Origin: Octopus vulgaris | Taxonomy: Eukaryota | Direction: 5' to 3' | Length of the DNA: 64,000 nt | Assembly: GCA_951406725.2 (NCBI GenBank) | Contig: OX597826.1 | Span: 22,568,001 to 22,632,000 of the forward strand | Part shown: piece by piece, positions 52,628-64,000 of the stretch | How positions within the stretch are numbered: the first letter of the stretch is position 1 | Layout: each line of letters begins with the position of its first letter | The notes under the pieces: generated by a model | Seen by the model: the letters and a program-made list of their open reading frames with translations, nothing else | What the model was told of the DNA's origin: nothing | Database searches by the model: none | Program-made: the position numbers and the translations under genes

Positions 52628-52893
52628 GTGTGTGTGTGTGTGTGGAGATAGATATAAATACACGCATATATTGAGTTATACTTTGATTCCTTACTAGAAT
52701 CTTTATGTTCTAGTACAATAAAACATTTTCCTCCTAAATCCTTGTTACATTAATCATCTAAAATAAGCAAGGATAGGCTAGATTGTAATGACGTGGAGTC
52801 ATACATAAATTAAAGAAATCAAATCTCATATTCTGAATACATTTAATACGTGTGTTTCAAATAATTATGTAAGAAAAATTTCATTCATACCTT

Positions 52894-53494
52894 TGTAGTG
52901 ATCCTATAACGGTGCGCGCGCGCGCACCGTCCATTTTCTATTTCGCGCGTGCGAGTGTTGGTGCCTTCACCAAGGCACAGAAAGGAAGGGCCCTCTCGCG
53001 CATGCGCGAACCACCGGAAGCACGACCCTTTTGCCTACGTGGTAGTTAGCCAGGGCAAGGGGGTCGTAGAACGTTTGACCGCTAGCAGCAGCAGCCAACG
53101 ACTTGGGACAGCAGCGACCGAAGGCGATGGACGTATATTTTCTCGCTGTCCAGCTTTGATAGCAGTCGGCCGAAGACTTTTAACCTGAATTGTTGCAGAC
53201 ATCATCTTCTTCCTCCGGACGCCATTTTTGACCCGTTCTGTTTTTAGCGGCTGAACATTGTAAATATTACAATCGATTAACTTTCAGCCTTGCGCGCCCA
53301 GAACCAAAGGGATACCAGATAACCACTTATTGTTACTGTTACCACATTAGAGAATAAAGTAGTATATATATATTTTACGTCTGCGTCTTGTTGTTTCTGA
53401 CTGGTAGAATTCTGGATTATTAAAGCAACGGCTAGTGATTGCTTTCTTGTACCCCGAAAGTACAAGAGAAGATATTAACACTAAGACTGTTACA
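52894..53494 (+). mobile_element. Solo LTR of the 1396-4130 family
   Basis: TGTAGTGATCC..GTTACA, homologous over ~600 bp; TSD CCTT (52890-52893, 53495-53498). Confidence 0.95.
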
Positions 53495-54739
53495 CCTTCC
53501 TCAGTCACAACATATATTCATGTGTGTTGTTGTTGTTGTGTGTGTGTGTGTGTGCCTGTCTGTCTGTGTGTGTGAGTGAGTGTGTGTGTGTGTAAGCAGC
53601 GAATTGGGAGAGACGTTAAAGAGTCGACCTATTGTGTTTTGACCACCATGATCAGGTTGACTTTCATCCTTCTGAGATCGGTATATCCATAGCTACGGAC
53701 TTGTAAAATCATTAGACTGTCGGACAAGACCCCTGTGGTGTTTACTCCGACTCTTTGCGCTCTGAGTTTAAATCCTACTTGGACTTACTCGGGTGGTAGA
53801 CTTAATCAGTCATCTGATTGAACACCTCCATCTGGTACATTGGTAGCTTTGTTACAAACAATTAAGACAGATGCCTGATTTAAGGGTGACTTCCCTCACC
53901 CCATTAGTCTCAGAGGCCTTGTAAAAAGCCATGGATATTGTCTTTTCCTTCTGACTGAACGAGATGGAGTATGAAAAGTAAATGTTAAAGCTATCTGAAT
54001 AAAGATAGTCCTATTTACATTTCGTTGAAAATTGCGTCCCCTCTCCTGCATACATCCACAAAACTTATGGAAATGCTGGCAATGCCTCACGCAGTAGAAT
54101 GTTGGATTTAAGAAATTATGAGGAATATCGTCTTTTCAGGAATCAAATTCATCTTCGAGATGCAGTGCCTCACTGCTGTTGTTGCTGCTACTGTTGTTGC
54201 CTTCTGGTCAACATTGCCCTAACAGAATTTTGGTAAAACGCGTTCCAGCCGTGACCTACAATTTTTTTCCAGACGTTATATAACCCTGGACTACATTATC
54301 CAATGCGTCCTTCCGTTTTTATTTTAAAGTCAATGTAGGGGATATGACGACTATTTTAGCAGGCAGAGAGAATTCATAGCGATCTTCTGATGACCCAAAT
54401 AAGTACTCGTTGTTGTTGTTTAAACCTAGGTCAGCCCTGATCCACCTGATATATTGTTATAGGTATTCCAACTATACTACCCGGTTTTAATACCTATAAC
54501 CACATAATTTAAACATTTTTTCGTATCATTATTTGAAAACGTAAATTTTAATTTAAAGATGATTTGGTTGATATTTCTAGCCAGTCAGTTGACCACGCAA
54601 ATACTTCTTCATTAGTTTATGTGCAAATGCGTGTGTGTGTATGTGTGCGTGTGTGTGTGTAGTAAGAGGAGGAATATGAATATTCAGGCAGATAACGTGT
54701 AACCCTATGTAAAGTGCCAACTCATCGTTGAACATGATT

Positions 54740-54740
<1 letters not shown>

Positions 54741-54804
<64 letters not shown>

Positions 54805-54855
54805 ATACTAATACTACTACTACTACTACTACGACTACTACCACCACCACCACCA
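54741..54855. repeat. (ACT)n microsatellite
   Basis: Trinucleotide run. Confidence 0.9.
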
Positions 54856-54904
54856 ATCCTGATTCAAACTACTAACGGGTAAAATTACTCCTTGAACAAT
54901 GACG

Positions 54905-55017
54905 TATTTGTTCACCCTGAAGAGATCTTACAAATTATGCATAAATCTTATAAATCTCTGCATATAAATATGCAGCTATTTGCAATTGATACGATCGAAA
55001 CACGTGTCGGACAATTA
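54905..55017 (+). ncRNA. Type I hammerhead ribozyme, intact core, 73-nt stem II domain
   Basis: CTGAAGA (54917-54923)-gatc...gatc-GAAA-CACGT-GTC-ggacaa; palindromic ACACGTGT; ~70 nt before (TA)n. Confidence 0.8.
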
Positions 55018-55096
55018 CTATGAATAAACCAAACGGAAAATCTGAATATTCAAATCCTTCGTTTTCCTTATCAGTTTTTATAAATATATATATATA

Positions 55097-55480
55097 CTAG
55101 CAGTATCGCCCGGCGTTGCTCGGGTTTGTAAGGGAAATAACTATAAAGCATTTTTAGAGAGTTATAGCCAAAAAAGCAAAAAAATGCATTAAAAATGTAA
55201 AAAAAATTATGGTAAATTTTTTTAAAAATCGATGACTCATCGTAGACATTTTTAGAGAGTTACTTCCCTTTATTTAAAAAATATGCGTTAAAATGGAAAA
55301 AATGATGTTAAATTATTTTAAAAATCGTAGACTCATCGTAGACGCGCGCTAATACCCAGAAGGGCTCGATATGAATCATGACTATAAGATACCTGCTTTT
55401 GGTTAAACTGCACCGCAAAATGTGGGAGTAGTTAGGAATCTAAATCGAAGGGGACAGACACTCACACAACTACAGTTTTA
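55097..55480 (+). mobile_element. Non-autonomous Helitron-like element
   Basis: actagcagtatcgcccggcgttgctcgggt ... gacagacactcacacaactacagttttta; second copy at 43983-44478. Confidence 0.7.
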
Positions 55481-55487
55481 TATATAA

Positions 55488-55521
<34 letters not shown>

Positions 55522-55717
55522 TCACCAGAATGGACGCAATTTGAAAAATCCACCAGAATGGACGAAAGCGCTAATATATATATATATATATGATATAAGT
55601 TATATGATGTATAAAAACATGTAATATACAAATAAATATCTGCAAATATAAAACCATCCGAATTTCTGAGTACCTCATCTCTTCTAATATAAAATACCTG
55701 TACATCATCTCCAAACC

Positions 55718-55782
<65 letters not shown>

Positions 55783-55789
55783 CATACAC

Positions 55790-55854
<65 letters not shown>

Positions 55855-55957
55855 TATATAATACAAATAAGAAATTGGAGAAACAATTTAGTCCGTTCAT
55901 CAGCTTTAGGATATTAGAATGTTGACTTATTTATTTAACAATATATATATATATATT

Positions 55958-56206
55958 ATGGTGGTGGTTGCCCCCACGTTATCGAGTATGGCCATTGCAC
56001 GAAGCTTAATCAATGTTGTTATCGTGCAATGCATGTGCAGGAAGACTTTTAAAGGGAGGAAAGGCTGTGCACTGAGTCAATCCCTCTCACTAAGCCACAG
56101 CAGCCATAATCCTAAAAGAAGGACATGTCAACATCATCGGTAACCACTGAGCCGCAGGTTTTATGCTGGAGGTATCCCAGTTACCTGAGTTACCTTCACT
56201 CCCAAT
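55958..56206. repeat. Interspersed repeat, copy 2 (deleted)
   Basis: Homologous to 7388-7770. Confidence 0.7.
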
Positions 56207-56606
56207 AGTTTAACCGCGCGATCGGGTATTCAATCTGATTATTTCTATGTCCCCGCGCATGATACAGCCTTAAGACATTTATTGGATGGCCGTTGACTCT
56301 CAAGAGTTCCCGCCCTTTGATGGGTTTTGCTTTTCATCCCGCAGGGTGTCCAATATATATGTATAATACAAATAAGAAAATGGAGAACTAATATAGACGG
56401 TTCATCAGCTTTAGGATATTAGAATGTTGACTTATTCATTTATTTAACAATATATGTATATATATATATATATTTATATATATAAGTAAGCTTGGTGGGG
56501 TTGCCGGTTTAGTCGCCGCCGACGACCCGATCATGCAACAGGTTGTACTGGGTTACATGCTACCAGTGGCACTCGAAAGTGACCTGACATAAATATATAT
56601 TATATA

Positions 56607-56696
<90 letters not shown>

Positions 56697-56959
56697 ATAT
56701 ACATACATATCATATATATATACATACATATATATATATATATATACATAATATTATATATATGTATATATATACATATATATATATACATATAGGCGCA
56801 GGAGTGGCTGTGTGGTAAGTAGCTTGCTTACCAACCACATGGTTCCGGGTTCAGTCCCACTGCGTGACATCTTGGGCAAGTGTCTTCTGCTATAGCCACG
56901 GGCCGACCAATGCCTTGTGAGTGGATTTGGTAGACGGAAACTGATAGAAGCCTGTCGTA

Positions 56960-57009
<50 letters not shown>

Positions 57010-57096
57010 TATTAGAGACAAAACCACTATTTTGCAAAACAAACAAGGAAAGACTTAATCAATACATAAAATTTTAATAAATAGTCAAAAAAACCG

Positions 57097-57140
57097 CCAC
57101 TACAATCGTTTCTTGTCTTGATCGACAATCTTCAGGTGGA
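57097..57140 (-). ncRNA. Minimal hammerhead ribozyme
   Basis: ccac-CTGAAGA-ttgtcgatcaagacaa-GAAA-CGATT-GTA-gtgg. Confidence 0.85.
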
Positions 57141-57225
57141 CCTCAATCTAAAATATTTACAAGTCAGTTTCAAATTATGAAGTCTTCATAATTTGAAACT
57201 GACTTGTAAATATTTTAGATTGAGG

Positions 57226-57269
57226 TCCACCTGAAGATTGTCGATCAAGACAAGAAACGATTGTAGTGG
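57226..57269 (+). ncRNA. Minimal hammerhead ribozyme (mirror copy)
   Basis: CTGAAGA 57231-57237, GAAA 57254-57257, GTA ending at 57265. Confidence 0.85.
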
Positions 57270-57444
57270 CGGTTTTTTTGACTATTTATTAAAATTTTAT
57301 GTATTGATTAAGTCTTTCCTTGTTTGTTTTGCAAAATAGTGGTTTTGTCTCTAATAATATTTTATAATATTTTACTATAAAATTGGATTTAATCTTAAAT
57401 CTGATTTTTTTCCCTGTAAATTTGGATTTATTCCCTAATATTTA

Positions 57445-57506
<62 letters not shown>

Positions 57507-57772
57507 ATGTGTTTGTGTGTATGTGTTTGTCCCCCTAGCATTGCTTGACAACCAATGCTGGTGTGTTTAAGTCCCCGTCACTTAGCGGTTCGGCAAAAGA
57601 GACCGATAGAATAAGTACTGGGCTACAAAGAATAAGTCCCGGGGACGATTTGCTCGACTAAAGGCGCTGCTCCTGCATGGCCGCAGTCAAATGACTGAAA
57701 CATGTAAAAGAGTAAAGAGAGTATATATATACATATATATATATACATATATATATATACATATATATATAT

Positions 57773-57837
<65 letters not shown>

Positions 57838-57846
<9 letters not shown>

Positions 57847-59352
57847 TTAGTGACAAAACCTCTATTATGCAAATCAAACAAAGAAAGACTTAATCCAATA
57901 CAAAAATTTTTATATAAATTAAATATAATTAAGATATCCACTACGATCGTTTCTTGTCACTTCAATGGACATTCGTCAGGTGGTTTCAAGGCCTAAAATA
58001 TAATCAATATTTTTAAGATATAAATTTGAAATGACTAATATATATAAAATATAAAATTATCAATGAAAATATATATATAATATATAATCAAGAACTAAAA
58101 TAACCTCTATAAACGATTGTATATAATGAAACCTAGTATTTAAATTCTCATATTTAAAGATGAAATAGCTAATTTCAAAAAACAAAAAACAAAAAATAAA
58201 AAATATATATACACACATGCTCATGCACATATATCCATGTATGTATATAAACATATCTAAATACATGCACAAACTCACACACACATATATATATCTATAC
58301 ATACACATAAACATATAGACAAAGATAAATTTATAATGTAGCCGTATACTTCTACACATTACTTATTCATACTCCCACACACACATATACAATCACTCAT
58401 TCATAAACATATTCTCTCAGCATAATAATAACACAGAGGAAATATAACATCCAGTAGCCGCAGATACTCAACCACAAACTTATAGAAATATTTCATTCTT
58501 AGTAAAATATTAAATACTATATACTATATATATGTAATAACCATATATAAATACGTAAACAAACACACACATATATATATTCTATATACTATATGCATGT
58601 AATAAACATATATAAATACGTAAACAAACACACACACACGTATATATTTATACATACACAAATACATAAAGACAGTATTTCTACACATTAATAATGCATA
58701 CTCACACACACACACATACAATCAATCATTCATACATAACCGTATTCACACTGCAATACTCCAACACAGAGGAGGAACAAATCCAGTAGACACAGATACT
58801 CAGCTACATACTTATAGGAATATTCCTTACTTATTAATATATTATTAAAAAATACTATCATTACTATAAACAAATTTATGAATGGGAATATTATCTTATA
58901 TAAAATTATTCTATTATTAAACAAACCTAAACCATTTTAAATCGAAACCTATATATTTATCAAAGTATATCTAAATTATTTAATAACTAATAACAAAGAA
59001 AAATACGATAAATAGATCACTACATAAACAACAAGATTAACATAAGGAGAATATTATTATTCAAAGGCTTATACATATTAAAAATTACAATTTGGAGATC
59101 TTAAAAAATACGTACCTTCTATGCAATTTTGAACTATGAAGTAAATTTGAATGACAAATGTCTTACAGCGTTTAAGAAATTACGTTATCAACAGAAATAG
59201 AATAAATTTTTAATAAATTCTTTGCGCGTGATGAACCAACGTTATTTTAAAGATTATGAATGGAATATGTTTATCATCGTAAATAGAATGAATTTACTCA
59301 TTTATTTATTTTTTTGTGAATGTGTGTGTTTATATATATGTATATTTGATGA

Positions 59353-59407
<55 letters not shown>

Positions 59408-59677
59408 ATGTATATGTATTTATTTATTTATTTGTATGGGTGTGGGTGTGAATATATTGGTGTATATATCGAGTATTGTACGTATATGTATGAGTGAGTG
59501 TGTATATATATATGGGTGTGGGTGTGTGTAAATATGTGTGTATATGTGTGTGAATGTATAGATGGGGGCATTGCTATATAGGTTTGTTCTTGTGTATCTG
59601 GTAATGGGTGGTTTTGATCATTATATTTGTTTTATTTGGGTTTCGTTTATCATGCTTTTTTTATTAAAGAATATTTT
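57838..59677 (-). mobile_element. PLE 3' region (relative of the 33587 family) with an inverted block
   Basis: Terminal sequence similar to 33590-33750, with a hammerhead; 59300-59670 resembles 34430-34570 inverted. Confidence 0.75.
57938..57984 (-). ncRNA. Minimal hammerhead ribozyme
   Basis: ccac-CTGACGA-atgtccattgaagtgacaa-GAAA-CGATC-GTA-gtgg; palindromic ACGATCGT. Confidence 0.82.
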
Positions 59678-63130
<3,453 letters not shown>

Positions 63131-63141
63131 TATATATACAA

Positions 63142-63186
<45 letters not shown>

Positions 63187-63187
63187 A

Positions 63188-63270
<83 letters not shown>

Positions 63271-63271
63271 C

Positions 63272-63887
63272 GTTTTAGTTAGTTAGTTAATTTTTGGGCT
63301 CAAAAAGCAAAAAGCAAGGCCATGTAGGGGGACATGGAATTAAGTACAGGGTGGTGTTCATGTAAAGAGTTCAGGCCATTTATGGTCAAGGGAGACTTTG
63401 AACCGAGCGGTCGTCGACATCTTCACTATCTCGTCTGGCAGCTTATTCCGCGGATCCGCAACCCGGACGGAGAAAGCTCCTCTCCTTCGATTGAGATGAA
63501 ATCGTCGCAGATAGAGCTTTTCGGAGTGACCCTGCAGCCGACGCTCTGGAGCAGGAGTGAAGAACAGCTCTTTCGAGAGGTTACACTTTCCGCTTATGAT
63601 GTCGTGAGCAAGAATGAGATCACCACGGCGTCGTCGTTTTTCTAGAGAATAAAGGTCGAGCGTCTTCAGCTTTTCTTCATAAGACAAATGCTTGAGACCA
63701 AGAACCATGCGGGTAGCCAATTTCTGGATTCTTTCGAGATGCTGTATGTCTTTGAGGAGATAAGGAGAAGAGGCTTGAATCCCGTACTCCAATATGAGTC
63801 TCACCAGCGTGACATAGAGCGGTAGGAATATGGCTGCTGTGAGCAATCCGAATGACCGTCGAATCAAAAACAGAACTCCGCGTGCTT
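63272..63887 (-). mobile_element. CR1-like LINE 3' fragment (different family)
   Basis: LYVTLVRLILEY..SPYLLKDIQHLERIQKLAT..LSYEEKLK.LDLYSLEKRRRRGDLI; (CTAA)n-like tail. Confidence 0.9.
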
Positions 63888-64000
63888 TATATATACACAT
63901 ATATACATATATATAGATACATATATATATACATATATATATACATATATATACACATATATATATACATATATATATACATATATATATATATGCATAT

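Larger units (their letters stand above)
57000..57366. repeat. Palindrome of 183-bp arms (1-nt centre) made of PLE 3' sequence
   Basis: Centre T57183; the arms read as exact reverse complements. The left arm joins homologues of 33587-33745 and ~34958-34984. Confidence 0.92.
56793..57722 (+). mobile_element. tRNA-head SINE split at its internal (TA)n by a palindromic PLE derivative
   Basis: Head 56793-56960 and tail 57515-57722 ending in a CR1-like 3' motif. Confidence 0.82.

Noticed and set aside
55890-55910. Minus-strand CTGATGA (also ~56401) as a hammerhead
   Set aside because: No downstream GAAA/NUH, so not counted.

Overview
Repeat-saturated animal genomic DNA. The SINE and microsatellite repertoire resembles octopus/cephalopod, which is an inference. 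I found no convincing host gene. The window is a nested mosaic of (TA)n/(CA)n/(TACA)n microsatellites, Tc1/mariner relics, and a young non-autonomous LTR element (tRNA-Trp PBS, 4-bp TSD) with a solo LTR of its family. It also holds a decayed Gypsy, CR1-like, RTE-like and HERO-like LINEs, Helitron-like elements, hAT MITEs and tRNA-derived SINEs. The dominant theme is at least eight Penelope-like element (PLE) copies from several families, mostly sitting in (TA)n tracts. Their 3' ends carry about 14 type-I hammerhead ribozyme motifs, six with 52-73 nt stem II domains. Two ORF-less fold-back units carry hammerheads on both strands (42652-43898 and a 183-bp-arm palindrome at 57000-57366). Head-to-head fusions of retroelement cDNAs recur. 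All family assignments come from motif recognition by eye, with no database searches.
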